DNA from: a virus
DNA length: 64,000 nt
IMG/VR virus record: IMGVR_UViG_3300027844_002282
Direction: 5' to 3' (one strand)
The notes beneath the pieces are model-generated. The model was not told the DNA's origin. It made no database searches and was given only the letters and a program-made list of their open reading frames with translations. The translations under genes and the position numbers were made by a program. Shown piece after piece: positions 1 to 10,014 of this stretch (its first letter is position 1; each line of letters opens with the position of its first letter).

Positions 1-3000
1 ATACACCTGAACCGTCATCATAGATCTCGTCAGAATCTCTAGAATAATGCCAGTATTTCATTTGTGCTCTCTCATAAGCCGCTCTCCATCGCTTGTACTT
101 ACTTCTTCCCGTAGATCCGCCTCTGGCGTAACCATCTGGAACCGCATCTTTTCTAATTATATACCCACCATCACCAAGGTCTACTGACATAGGGTTCTTC
201 AAAGCAGCGTTATACGAATCTCCTACAACGCCGCCAGAATTTTTTAGTGCTCCACTGTTTATATACTCAGCGAGTTGCATACCGTTTCCGCTAAGCATTT
301 TGGCAGGTATAAATCCCTCTCCAGATCCAACAATCACTCTTTCGCCATTATTCAAGTAACCAAACATATTGTCACGTCCTGCGGCGGCGGTGCCTGGAAT
401 AACCCCCCCATTTGCAATATTAACCGCTCCCCCCTTAGCGCGGCCGCCGTATAGGGGGCCAGACCAGTTCCCGATTCCGATATTGGCGGTGTCGCTCTGT
501 TTGGATGGGTTCACGAACTGTGCTCCAGTGACTTCCTGGTGTTGTTGATTTGCGTACTTTATATGCTCTTGAACAGATGATACTGGGCCGTGGCCAGATA
601 GGCCAAACGGGCCATACCTCGGGGCATTACCGGCCATTGTGGCGTCTCCAAATCCAGTCATTGATGCAAAACCAACTCTCATCGCTCCGCCAAAATCTGC
701 CGACGACATCAATCTTGACATATCAAGAAGTTGCATCCTTCCCCTTTCTGCATTTGGTAACAATCTTGAAATAAGATCACTCCCGGTCGTCATCTCGTCA
801 ATAACATCAAGGAAACCTTCTCGAATCGACATGGTCAGGTCAAGCTCCTTGCTTTTTAACTGAACTATCTTAGTATTGGTATCAAGAATTAGATTATATT
901 GTTGAACAAGGGATTTTGCAGCATCTATTTTACCGCCATCGATGAGGGCTTCTTTCGCATTCTGAAAAGCTATTCTATCTCCCATACCGACTCTTTTCAA
1001 TAAATCTTCGCTCACAATACCAGTGTCTTTAATAGACTTAGTTTCCACGAGGGTTTTTGTATTCGCGACCGCCATCTTCTCATACTCAAGCCTCTCTGCC
1101 CTTGTTAAGTTATATGACTCCTGCCTCATAGCATATGATGCGGCCATACCAAGCGCCATTTTCTCGACATAATTTTGATTATGTTCGGCGAAAGCTTGCT
1201 GTTTATTATATAGGAGGGCCTGCGCTTCCATTTCCACAGTGTTGGCCTTATTGATGCCCCTAACGCTTGCGAGTGCGGCCAAAGAAGCGGCGGAAGCAGT
1301 TCTGGACTCAACTGCCTTCACGGCTTGCTCTGTCATCGCGGCGGTACCGCTCTTTAAGGACACTACAGTGGCATTCAATAGCTCTAATCGGCTATGAGCG
1401 CTACCTGTCGCGCCTACCATTTCGAGACCTATTTTTTGGATCAGAGCATCGCCAAGTGCGGCACGAGCGCCGATATTGTCTTCATTTTGCATGCTCTTTA
1501 GGTCCTTTTCATACTTTGGGTTATCTTGGATGGCGCGCTGGTATATAGTCCCATCGTCGGTTCCCTCATCCTCTTCAACTTTCTTTATTAGCTCCAGATA
1601 TTCCAACGTCTGTTCATGAACCATTTTGGCGGCGTTGGCTTCGGTTTTTAAGGCCTCCGAACGCCTTTTATAGTGCCCTGTCAAATCACTACCGGTATGG
1701 CCGATGGAGATTAAGTGAGACCCGATCTTCTCTTCTTCCTGAGCTATTTGTTGAGCGGAACTCATGATCTGCCCATAAACCACCTCGATCTCCTGAAGCG
1801 TTTTCAACTTCATCATAGAGGTTTGCTCAGTTATCTTTTGTTTTTGATTCAACTTCGTCTCTGCTTCGGCGGCGAGCTGGGCATACGATAAAGATTGTTT
1901 ATCGTGTATCCCCTTACTTCCGAGATTCTCGTCCATCTTTGCAACTTGGACTTGCCATTCTCCACCAGTCATGCCAGAATTTGGCATGTATTGCTTCATA
2001 AACTCTTGCGCTTGTCTTGAACTTATATCACCAGACTTCAATGCCGATCCAACTTTCTCAAGAGCCTGTTCTGGCTTGACGCCATAGAGGTTGCCCATCT
2101 TGGATATCATGTCCTGGGGCCCAAATCCTTGCGACTTGTTCAGTGCGTCCATAAAGTTTGAGGTTGCAGTTCTCTCTACGGCTAATTTCTTATGCTTTCT
2201 CTCTTCTAGTCCGAAAGGCTGCCAACCCATTTCCTTTGAATCTCTAAGATATTGAATGGTCTGTTGTTTGCGTTTAAGCTCTTCATCATCGACCATGAAT
2301 CCCTGGGCCTTTCTTTTTTTGAGAGTCTCATAGTCTTGCTCAGCCTCATCAAGATTCTTACCTTTCATATGTAATTTATGGGCGACGACGGCTACGGACG
2401 CAGCAACGATGGTGAGGGCCACTATCGGATTCACCATGGCAGCGCCTCGAAGTGCGAGGGAACCGGCGGCGCTACCGCCAGCACTGAGGCCAGCACGAGC
2501 AGCGACGGGTGCTGCGCCCTTCACCGTGTGCCTCGCAATTGATTGCGCTACCGGCGATGAACCTCTCCTCGCTGCTGCAATTGATTGCGCTACCGGCGAT
2601 GAACCTCTCCTCGCTGCTGCCCTCGCCGCCGCTGTATAAGTAGCACCACCAGCAACATTGGCAGCAACATTGGCAGCTGTTTTGGCAACGGGAGCGGTAT
2701 TAGCAGCTATTTTACCCAGACTTCTCATTTGCATCCCTTGAGCGACAACGCTGGCCACGCCAATTGCTGGTGACAAGAAATTACTTCCCTGGCTCAAAAT
2801 CTGAGCCTTCCCCATAACACCTGTCATTTTTTCAAGCTGTCTTGTGAGGGTAGTTAATGAGTCTGTGAGGCCAGACATCACATTTTCAATCCCGGTTAAT
2901 GCCCCTTCCATATCCTTTGAGACAAGCGTATTAAAGTCTTGAATACTCTGATTTCTTCCAGACATAGCCTTCTCAAACTTCAATGTACCTTGTTCGGCGG

Positions 3001-3925
3001 ATGATAGTTCTTCAACGTATCTTGAAAGAAAGTTTAGAGACCTGTTATCTGCGCCCATCTCCTTGAAAAATAGTAATGTCTTATCCAACTGGCCTTGGCC
3101 GCCGCCAGCGGCATTCAGCCCTCTGATCATATCAAGATGCTCTTGCAACCTGGGCATTTTCCCTTGTAAATCAATAAATCTCTGGAAACTCTCGTTGACC
3201 TTATCAACAGATGCTCCCATCTTGTTTGACATCACTTCGGAAAGGTCAAGAAGCCTGTTTCTTGTCAGAGGAACACCTACAATAAGCTGGTTCATCTTCT
3301 GATTTAGACTTAAAAACGCATCTCTACCAAGTTCGGTGTTGTTCTTTAACTTTGACCAAAATTGTTCTTGGAAAACTTCTGATCTGCCAAGCGTAGTGTT
3401 CATCCTCATTGACTCAAGCATCAATTGATTGTAACTAAGTAGAGCTTTTCTGAACCCACCCATTGCAGTCTCTGGAGAAGAAAACGCCTTTGAAAACCCT
3501 CCACCAATAGCGTCTAAGGTTTTGGATAGGGTTTTCAGTCCTTTTATAGCGCCATGAACAGCCGCTCCGGTGTCTTTCATTCTAAACGAAGCGATCTTCA
3601 GCCCGGCTGCCAAAACCTTAGCGGCAACCGCGTTTCTATTCATCTCCGCCTTCATATCAGAGACGGCTCTTGATGTCTCTACAATATCCTGCCTTGCCTG
3701 TGACCCCATCGCGGTTTTCAAGCTACCAAATGCTTCCCCAAGACCCTGTGACCCGGCTATGCTCTTTGTAAGCTCTGCAAAAGCTTTTTCCGCCCTAATA
3801 ATATCAGGTGACAATTTACTGATTGTAGCTTGAGCCAGCACGGCGGATCTGCTCGCTTGATCAAGAGTGCCGACGACACTTCTCATGGATTTTTCTAAAC
3901 TTTGCAAATCTCTATTAAAGGCCAT
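1..3925 (-). CDS. Tape measure protein (partial, runs off the left edge; at least about 1308 aa)
   Basis: Not in the ORF track because it is truncated. ATG at 3925 (MAFNRDLQSLEKSMRSVVG...) gives an Ala/Lys-rich helical sequence downstream of tube and chaperones. Near 330-450 it reads AKGGAVNIANGGVIPGTAAAGRDNMFGYLNNGERV, the GG-x-IPG...D...L..GE.V pattern common near TMP C-termini. Only parts of the frame were translated by hand. Confidence 0.85.
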   Translation of the reverse strand, partial: MAFNRDLQSLEKSMRSVVGTLDQASRSAVLAQATISKLSPDIIRAEKAFAELTKSIAGSQGLGEAFGSLKTAMGSQARQDIVETSRAVSDMKAEMNRNAVAAKVLAAGLKIASFRMKDTGAAVHGAIKGLKTLSKTLDAIGGGFSKAFSSPETAMGGFRKALLSYNQLMLESMRMNTTLGRSEVFQEQFWSKLKNNTELGRDAFLSLNQKMNQLIVGVPLTRNRLLDLSEVMSNKMGASVDKVNESFQRFIDLQGKMPRLQEHLDMIRGLNAAGGGQGQLDKTLLFFKEMGADNRSLNFLSRYVEELSSAEQGTLKFEKAMSGRNQSIQDFNTLVSKDMEGALTGIENVMSGLTDSLTTLTRQLEKMTGVMGKAQILSQGSNFLSPAIGVASVVAQGMQMRSLGKIAANTAPVAKTAANVAANVAGGATYTAAARAAARRGSSPVAQSIAAARRGSSPVAQSIARHTVKGAAPVAARAGLSAGGSAAGSLALRGAAMVNPIVALTIVAASVAVVAHKLHMKGKNLDEAEQDYETLKKRKAQGFMVDDEELKRKQQTIQYLRDSKEMGWQPFGLEERKHKKLAVERTATSNFMDALNKSQGFGPQDMISKMGNLYGVKPEQALEKVGSALKSGDISSRQAQEFMKQYMPNSGMTGGEWQVQVAKMDENLGSKGIHDKQSLSYAQLAAEAETKLNQKQKITEQTSMMKLKTLQEIEVVYGQIMSSAQQIAQEEEKIGSHLISIGHTGSDLTGHYKRRSEALKTEANAAKMVHEQTLEYLELIKKVEEDEGTDDGTIYQRAIQDNPKYEKDLKSMQNEDNIGARAALGDALIQKIGLEMVGATGSAHSRLELLNATVVSLKSGTAAMTEQAVKAVESRTASAASLAALASVRGINKANTVEMEAQALLYNKQQAFAEHNQNYVEKMALGMAASYAMRQESYNLTRAERLEYEKMAVANTKTLVETKSIKDTGIVSEDLLKRVGMGDRIAFQNAKEALIDGGKIDAAKSLVQQYNLILDTNTKIVQLKSKELDLTMSIREGFLDVIDEMTTGSDLISRLLPNAERGRMQLLDMSRLMSSADFGGAMRVGFASMTGFGDATMAGNAPRYGPFGLSGHGPVSSVQEHIKYANQQHQEVTGAQFVNPSKQSDTANIGIGNWSGPLYGGRAKGGAVNIANGGVIPGTAAAGRDNMFGYLNNGERVIVGSGEGFIPAKMLSGNGMQLAEYINSGALKNSGGVVGDSYNAALKNPMSVDLGDGGYIIRKDAVPDGYARGGSTGRSKYKRWRAAYERAQMKYWHYSRDSDEIYDDGSGV
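2535..2620. repeat. Perfect 42-bp tandem duplication inside the tape measure gene (14-aa unit AAARRGSSPVAQSI)
   Basis: gcaattgattgcgctaccggcgatgaacctctcctcgctgct x2 (2535-2576, 2577-2618); a nearby 12-bp repeat cagcaacattgg x2 starts at about 2650. Confidence 0.95.
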
Positions 3926-3928
3926 TAT

Positions 3929-5236
3929 TTAATACCAACTATTATTTACCATATGGTAGACAATCCATACGGACATGTTGATCTCGTCAACTGGCGAGTG
4001 AGCAGATGAGTTAAGGCTAGATATTATAACTTCGACGAATGCGGCTTCATCCCTTATGTTAGGGTCGTCTATTTTTGCCGGATCTGTTGGTAAAACTGCA
4101 TTCATAGCAAGATCAAGAGTCCTCTTGGCAATAATATTATTCATCTCAAGATTAACGTTGTCCCCACCCTTAAACGTCTCTAAAAATTCCGACATTTCCT
4201 GAAGCCTTTCTATATCCCCGTGTGGAACCATCTCTTCCCTATCCTCTGTCCCATACGACGGATTCCAAACATGTTCTTCGTTTTCATATAGGCCCTCGTT
4301 AAGCCCAAGTCTAACAAGCCCCGTATTACCACTCGGCATAGACGCCATTGCGGTTACGACGTTCTCTGCATCAACTTCCTTAACATCATCTTGAAGATCG
4401 TCTTGAATCATCACTTTCAATTCCGTCTCTTCGTCATTTATAGATTGTTCTGGATCACCCGACTGACTAAGAGGACGATTATCCGTGTGATTTTTAAGAA
4501 CATAGTTGTATAACTCTATAAATGGAGGGTAAGCCTTTCCCCAAACGGTCTTATATTTGTCAATGAATTTGTGGTATATATCAAATCTTGATAGAGACTT
4601 TAATTCAGCCTCTAATCTTGGAAGAAGTATCCTTAGAAAAGCGGTCATATCTTCCTGCTTTTTCCCTGCACCAAGTTCTTTCAACAATTGATCTACGGCT
4701 TTCCCAAAATGTGCCCTGATCGCGTCATCTATAATGTCTCTTACAAACGATGCTTCGCCGGGATTCCTCCTGAGATTTAGGCAAATCTTCAAGAGGCGTT
4801 CATATTCGGCGCTTTCGAGACCCCTTCCCATCTCTTGCGACTTTCCAAGGAAATATAAAACGGCAGAATACTGTCCCATTTTCCCCATGGAATTTTCGTT
4901 AACTTTAAATGCCACACCCCGGTTCAAAGAATTATTTAAATCAGTTTCAAAGTTTTGTATATTGAATATACTACCATCTTCTTCCAAAGTGTTATCCGGC
5001 AAAAGATTTTTTATAGCATTTGCCACGCCATCTTTGAAAGATTTCATAAACACTGCTACACGATCTTCGGGGGATGGATCTGCTGATAGCTTAGAAAGCG
5101 AAGCGTAGACATCCCTTACATCTTCTGATCTGTCAAAAAATGATAATGCCGATATATCTGAAAGAAGTGTCTTAACTGAGTAGCAATGACTGATAGAGTC
5201 CCTCTTCAATGAGTTTTTCCTGAAGGAGTTCAACAT
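3929..5236 (-). CDS. Hypothetical protein between tail chaperones and tape measure (start uncertain)
   Basis: 435-aa ORF ending 3 bp before the TMP start; its ATG overlaps the upstream gene by 65 nt. Confidence 0.7.
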   Translation of the reverse strand: MLNSFRKNSLKRDSISHCYSVKTLLSDISALSFFDRSEDVRDVYASLSKLSADPSPEDRVAVFMKSFKDGVANAIKNLLPDNTLEEDGSIFNIQNFETDLNNSLNRGVAFKVNENSMGKMGQYSAVLYFLGKSQEMGRGLESAEYERLLKICLNLRRNPGEASFVRDIIDDAIRAHFGKAVDQLLKELGAGKKQEDMTAFLRILLPRLEAELKSLSRFDIYHKFIDKYKTVWGKAYPPFIELYNYVLKNHTDNRPLSQSGDPEQSINDEETELKVMIQDDLQDDVKEVDAENVVTAMASMPSGNTGLVRLGLNEGLYENEEHVWNPSYGTEDREEMVPHGDIERLQEMSEFLETFKGGDNVNLEMNNIIAKRTLDLAMNAVLPTDPAKIDDPNIRDEAAFVEVIISSLNSSAHSPVDEINMSVWIVYHMVNNSWY

Positions 5237-5603
5237 ATAACCTCGTGATGTCTGGTCTCAACTCATTTAGTTTCTCCAGATTGAGTGGTATTCCCTTCTC
5301 TTCGTCGCTTTCTGGGTCTTTTTCTGTAAGGTTCCACTCTTGTGCTAAATAGGTCAAAAGATTGTTCCTAAATGAACCGTCGCTGAAAGCCCCATTTGCA
5401 TCCTGGTCCATAGAGTTTCTCATAATAGCTTTTGAGATACCAAAATCAGGGTATGAAAAGGTAATAACCATCTTACTCCAATTGTCCATTTCCGACTCGG
5501 CAATAGCGTCTCCTCTTCTCACTTCCATCTTCCCATCTTTTGTGTAATACGCGGATAAAGAAAATGTATTCTCCTTTTTTACAAATAGTCTACTTGCGTC
5601 CAT
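5172..5603 (-). CDS. Second tail assembly chaperone-like protein (probable paralog of 5922..6362)
   Basis: Shares N-terminal FVKK and an EW-x-x-T-x-KD segment with the 146-aa chaperone; AGGAG RBS. Confidence 0.6.
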   Translation of the reverse strand: MDASRLFVKKENTFSLSAYYTKDGKMEVRRGDAIAESEMDNWSKMVITFSYPDFGISKAIMRNSMDQDANGAFSDGSFRNNLLTYLAQEWNLTEKDPESDEEKGIPLNLEKLNELRPDITRLYVELLQEKLIEEGLYQSLLLS

Positions 5604-5619
5604 AATTTATTCTCCTGTG

Positions 5620-5934
5620 TTATAGTTCATGGTAACGTTTTACTCCACCTTGCATGTTCTCTCCAATTACTGGAGGACCATTCTTTTCTGCTACGCTCTT
5701 CTCGTAGCCCTTTCTTGCCGAAACTTCAGCATCAATGTTAAGTCTCATATTCAACACCAACATCATTTCTTCCATCCTTTCTCCCGGTATCTCATCTATC
5801 TGCTGAGGTGTCCAATTGTACTTCTCAGCGAATATGAGGTCCATTACTGGCCTTGGGGTGACCACTCGCCCGATTCCTTCGTCATGCCCAGCTTCTGCCA
5901 GGTAATAAAGGCGAATGGCCGCTAGGAGTTTTTT
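5620..5934 (-). CDS. Tail assembly chaperone, -1 frameshift extension (gpT-like part of gpGT)
   Basis: The -1 frame from the slippery site reads KLLAAIRLYYLAEAGHDEGIGRVVTPRPVMDLIFAEKYNWTPQQIDE... without a stop into ORF 5620..5865; WTPQQID resembles gpT-type chaperone extensions. Confidence 0.8.
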   Translation of the reverse strand, partial: KKLLAAIRLYYLAEAGHDEGIGRVVTPRPVMDLIFAEKYNWTPQQIDEIPGERMEEMMLVLNMRLNIDAEVSARKGYEKSVAEKNGPPVIGENMQGGVKRYHEL

Positions 5935-6362
5935 CGGTCATCTTCCGACATCTCAAATCTTTTATTATACTCTTTCAAAATATAATCACCGACTAGAGAA
6001 TGGAGGGCGCTTACTGACTCGTCAGATACCTCCACGGATATATCATCACCATCTTGATCCTTATATGTAAAATCCCATTCAACAATCAAAGCTCTCAGCT
6101 TAGATTTCATATACCTATCGCCATCAAACGCTTTTTTTCCAGTTTCATGGTCAAATATGTGTGATTCACTCTGTAGGTTACAAATTGTCCCCCAATTCAG
6201 AGGTGTGACTGATAGATTACACTCATCGTAGTCTTTTTGCTTCAGAGAGGCTTCCTTCCCCAGCTGATTTGGAGACAGTATTGAGATGCCATCATCATCC
6301 ACCTTTACAAAAAACTTTATCTTACATTTATCATTCTTTTTTACAAAAACCGAATTTGACAT
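5922..6362 (-). CDS. Tail assembly chaperone (gpG-like)
   Basis: Directly downstream of the tail tube, 146 aa, ends at a slippery site; GGAGG RBS. Confidence 0.8.
   Translation of the reverse strand: MSNSVFVKKNDKCKIKFFVKVDDDGISILSPNQLGKEASLKQKDYDECNLSVTPLNWGTICNLQSESHIFDHETGKKAFDGDRYMKSKLRALIVEWDFTYKDQDGDDISVEVSDESVSALHSLVGDYILKEYNKRFEMSEDDRKNS
5928..5934 (-). other. Programmed -1 ribosomal frameshift slippery heptamer A AAA AAC
   Basis: Minus strand CGA AAA AAC TCC TAG at the 3' end of the chaperone gene; canonical X XXY YYZ. Confidence 0.85.
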
Positions 6363-6408
6363 AGATACCTCCTGATATTACTTCGATTATACAACTTACT
6401 TTAAACAC

Positions 6409-6443
6409 AAAAAAAGAGGAGAACCCGAAAGCTCTCCTCTTTT
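6409..6443 (-). terminator. Intrinsic terminator after the tail tube gene
   Basis: aaaagaggag...ctcctctttt inverted repeat followed by a T run on the minus strand. Confidence 0.75.
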
Positions 6444-6464
6444 AAGATGTAGGCATCTTTGTCA

Positions 6465-7343
6465 TTAAGAGAATACGTTATGAACCGAAGCGAATGGGTT
6501 CTCTCCACCCCAATGCGCAATTCCATCAAATCCCATTGTCGTAAGGACAGGACCTGTGGAAAGCTCACTTGTTGCTCTATGCCAAACGACGGTGCATCTG
6601 AGTTCTGTTCCACCAAGATCGATCTTGATCGGATAGTAATCATCACCATCATATGTGTCCCAGTGCTCGGCACCTTCGCCAAACTGTGAACCAGTAACCG
6701 CTTCTGTTGACTTTAACTCATAAGAGACAGCCTGACCGGATACCGCACTCATCCCACGAACAAGATCGCCAAAGAGATCGGAACCCCTAATAGCAAACTG
6801 ACGGGAAACGTTGTTTGTGATTGTAATTGAGAAAGACTGCAATCCGCTAAGTAATGTGTTAACAGTCCCCCAATCTGGATCTCCGCTTTGAGTTCCGTAA
6901 TACATAGCCGCCTTATCCCATGTCAAAAGCTTTTCTGACTCGGTGTGTGGGTCCATCGCCGCAAGGGCCGTTGAGGAAAATCCTGTACCAAGGAAATCGA
7001 GCGTAAAGTTTACAACCTCACCAGCGTTCACGTTGATAGTGAGACTGTTTGCCAACATCCCAGTGAAATTTCTTCGATACCCACCGTAATATTTTAATTC
7101 TATTGTTCTCGGCGCACTCCAGACATAATCTACGAAGGCCATGGTGCTCTCGGTCATAGGACCCGACAATTGACCACCCACTTCGATTTTACCGTATGCC
7201 CAGGCATTATGGGTATAATCACCCATTACCAAGTCTGGTGCTTCGACCGTCTGGACCGCATTGAGACTGCAACTGGCGAATCTCACTGGATTTGAACCCG
7301 CTCTCGCCCAGCCAGTAAAACCAGGAGTAATTGTTACTGCCAT
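6465..7343 (-). CDS. Major tail (tube) protein
   Basis: Beta-rich 292 aa with two tube-like halves (NSLTINVNAGEVVNFTLDFLG; LQSFSITITNN); precedes chaperone and TMP; strong RBS and own terminator. Confidence 0.75.
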   Translation of the reverse strand: MAVTITPGFTGWARAGSNPVRFASCSLNAVQTVEAPDLVMGDYTHNAWAYGKIEVGGQLSGPMTESTMAFVDYVWSAPRTIELKYYGGYRRNFTGMLANSLTINVNAGEVVNFTLDFLGTGFSSTALAAMDPHTESEKLLTWDKAAMYYGTQSGDPDWGTVNTLLSGLQSFSITITNNVSRQFAIRGSDLFGDLVRGMSAVSGQAVSYELKSTEAVTGSQFGEGAEHWDTYDGDDYYPIKIDLGGTELRCTVVWHRATSELSTGPVLTTMGFDGIAHWGGENPFASVHNVFS

Positions 7344-7400
7344 TATATACCTCCATTAATTAATGTAAATCGTCAGCTTATCAAATAAAACTGTACTTTC

Positions 7401-8450
7401 TTATACAAAATATTTTTGAAGAGTCCCTTTTTTATGTATGATGTTTATAACCTCTTCAACAGAAATGCTATTCATACATTTTTTTGTACCTCTACCCAAA
7501 ATACATTTGTCTAGAGATATGTACTCACAGGCCTGGCACTTTCCCTTCCTAATGATACTTGAATATTTGCCCATATGATCCACCCGCTTTGATGACGGAC
7601 CCTTTAAGAAAACAAACTCGGTGTCTGGTAAGAAAATAGCCGCATGAGCGGGCCATGAGTCTGTACCAATATATAATGACGATCTTTTTAATAAATACAG
7701 ATAGTCGAAGAACGTCGCGTCATCTCCGATGATTTTACTATGTATGATTGATTTGTCAAAAGCCCCCTGATTGCTTGATAATAAATGGACAATGTTACAA
7801 CTCATATTTTCCGATAAATTATTGCTCAACTCATTCCATTTGTCAAAATCCCAAGATTTCAGATGGTGGATATTATCGAGTCTGCTGTCGTGTAATATTA
7901 CATATGGGTCAAACTGGCGAATCATATCATCATGCTTTTCAATCGTCGCGTCTGGAATATCAATATTCACATCTTCATAGCTGACATCTATTCCAAATCT
8001 TCTGGCATCAATAAAATAATCATCTTCATTAACCAGGATGTGTATTAATCCGTTATATATCTCTTCATCAATAGATTTGACCTCTCTACCAAGATCTTTT
8101 GACAAATTAGCCATGTATTCCGCTCTTTTATCTCTAACATATGGAATAAATTCCTCATTGACAGCGTAGAAGAAGTTACAAAGACCATCATTATCGCGCT
8201 CAAATCTATTCCATACGACAAGGTCACAATCTGAAAGGTTTGTCTTCACCGTGTCTTCAGAAGTTCCCCAATAGTCGATCTCCCTGAACCTGGTCTCAGC
8301 GTTTTCAAGAGTGTTTACTATGGGCTCCATATGATTGTTGAAATACAACAACACAAAATCTCCGTCAAACATCTCCTGTATCTTTTTGGCAACAGCTATC
8401 CATAATATAGCGTCTCCAATGCCACCAGTTAGTATAAACCCGACTTTCAT
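7401..8450 (-). CDS. GT9-family (heptosyltransferase-like) glycosyltransferase
   Basis: Likely start MKVGFILTGGIGDAILW at 8450 (GGIGD); YIGTDSWPAHAA matches the GT9 IGxDSGxxHxA pattern; C-terminal CxxC...C...CM.SISVEEV. Confidence 0.8.
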   Translation of the reverse strand: MKVGFILTGGIGDAILWIAVAKKIQEMFDGDFVLLYFNNHMEPIVNTLENAETRFREIDYWGTSEDTVKTNLSDCDLVVWNRFERDNDGLCNFFYAVNEEFIPYVRDKRAEYMANLSKDLGREVKSIDEEIYNGLIHILVNEDDYFIDARRFGIDVSYEDVNIDIPDATIEKHDDMIRQFDPYVILHDSRLDNIHHLKSWDFDKWNELSNNLSENMSCNIVHLLSSNQGAFDKSIIHSKIIGDDATFFDYLYLLKRSSLYIGTDSWPAHAAIFLPDTEFVFLKGPSSKRVDHMGKYSSIIRKGKCQACEYISLDKCILGRGTKKCMNSISVEEVINIIHKKGTLQKYFV

Positions 8451-8475
8451 GCAATACCCCTTTTGCATATTATAC

Positions 8476-8501
8476 AGGATCAAATACAATATTTTAAGAA
8501 T
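8476..8501 (+). promoter_or_regulatory. AGG-N19-GAAT promoter-like motif, overlapping a divergent TATAAT (8469-8474, minus)
   Basis: acAGG atcaaatacaatattttaa GAAT upstream of ORF 8525. Confidence 0.65.
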
Positions 8502-8524
8502 GTATACAAAAATGGAGCATAGCG

Positions 8525-9123
8525 ATGGACTGGTATAAAAAATCAACATATGACCCACAAGAAAACGCCACGCATGATTTTTATGAAAAAATCACTGATC
8601 AAGAATATAGGGTGTTAAATGAGTTTGTTCAGAGAACGCCTGGGCAATCTCAACCGTGGCACCCCGTACCATTCGCAAGAGTTCAGAAAATATGGTCTGA
8701 CTTTAACAAGTTTGGATTTGTTAGAGAGACCCGTGGAATGGACATGATTTGCGATAAAAATTAGATAGTATCGCGAAGCTATACGCCAACACTCAGCTTG
8801 CTGGACATACACAATCCGATCCACAAGAGATATATAAAGATTTTCTTGAGGGCCGTGAAGATATAGAAGAGTCTGTAGAGGAACTTGATGGGGCATTCTC
8901 CGAATGGGTATATGACGAAAAGCAGGGCCAATATAGAATTAGTGACTATGCCTTAGAGCCGCTATTCAACTTAGGCACGAGTCTTCTTATGGCCACGGGT
9001 AGCGCTGAGGAGCAGTTAAGATTAATGGATAGGATATTTAACGTGGTGCATCAGAGGTCTGATTTGACCGCCCTATTTCTTGAAGGTGGCACAAGGGCCT
9101 TTATGAAACTTCATGAGGGCTAA
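8525..9123 (+). pseudogene. Frameshifted gene (about 200 aa if repaired)
   Basis: ORF 8525..8764 (MDWYKKS...) stops at an A5 run; the -1 frame continues 120 codons (LDSIAKLYANTQLAGH...ISDYALEPL...NVVHQRSDLTALFLEGG...) to TAA at 9121-9123. Confidence 0.7.
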
Positions 9124-9968
9124 ATCATAAAAAGCCCATAATTGTAAATGGGGTGTTCTTTTACAACGGATTTGAACCCATCGTCCACTTTAGAGGCCAC
9201 AGCTTCCTGAGGACCCCAATAATGATGAAGATCATCGAATTCCTCAACCACCATATTTCCAGTAGCGTTCATCCCGTGATGAATGTCCAAGACATCTTCA
9301 CCGTGTAAGACAAGGCAGCTGCTGCTAAACCCATCCTTATCTATATTTGTTTTTCCAATCGTTGATTCACAGAACCCATCAATACGGGGCTCAAAGTATT
9401 TACTATCGATCTCTTTCGCCTCTATAAACCTTAGAAAAGCGTCTTTCTTGAATGCATACCTACTGAATGCTACCGTGAAGGGGGAGAAAAACCCATTGTT
9501 CACGTCAAAATACACGCTATTCTTCCAGTACACAACATCGGCTCTTTTAAGCCCTTCGACCACGTAATCAATATAATTTTCTGGATATAGAACATCGTGT
9601 TCGAAAATAATAATATTATCTGATGTGGCAAAACTTGCTGCTAATTTCAACTGGGCTATAATTGTTTCTATGGAGTACTCACGTTCTCCAACAACTATGT
9701 TTTTCACTCTTGTTTCTGCCGAGATAACATGGGGAGAACATAGATCGATAGGGGTTTTTAGAATAGCGTCAGAGAGCCTGTCATGTGTCTCTTTTTCAAT
9801 TCCTGGAAGGTCTTTTTCTATCCAATCCTCACGCACTGGATAGTGGGAAACAATTATTAGCTCGGTGTCTTCATCGTCGATCACGCGAGAGATCGCCTCA
9901 GATAGAGTCCACTTTAGAATCTCTTCTGGGATAAGATTGTTTGTGCAAAATACTATTGAATTCTTCAT
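9120..9968 (-). CDS. Putative GT-A fold glycosyltransferase
   Basis: IIIFEHDVLYPENY, a DxD-like motif after a hydrophobic strand as in GT2-like enzymes. Confidence 0.55.
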   Translation of the reverse strand: MKNSIVFCTNNLIPEEILKWTLSEAISRVIDDEDTELIIVSHYPVREDWIEKDLPGIEKETHDRLSDAILKTPIDLCSPHVISAETRVKNIVVGEREYSIETIIAQLKLAASFATSDNIIIFEHDVLYPENYIDYVVEGLKRADVVYWKNSVYFDVNNGFFSPFTVAFSRYAFKKDAFLRFIEAKEIDSKYFEPRIDGFCESTIGKTNIDKDGFSSSCLVLHGEDVLDIHHGMNATGNMVVEEFDDLHHYWGPQEAVASKVDDGFKSVVKEHPIYNYGLFMI

Positions 9969-10014
9969 AATATGTTCTCATTTTTATTTGCGACTTCGAA
10001 GAATATTATACAAC

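Noticed and set aside
7375-7406. AGG-N19 promoter upstream of the tail tube
   Set aside because: Only a degenerate AAG-N19-TAAG match; not counted
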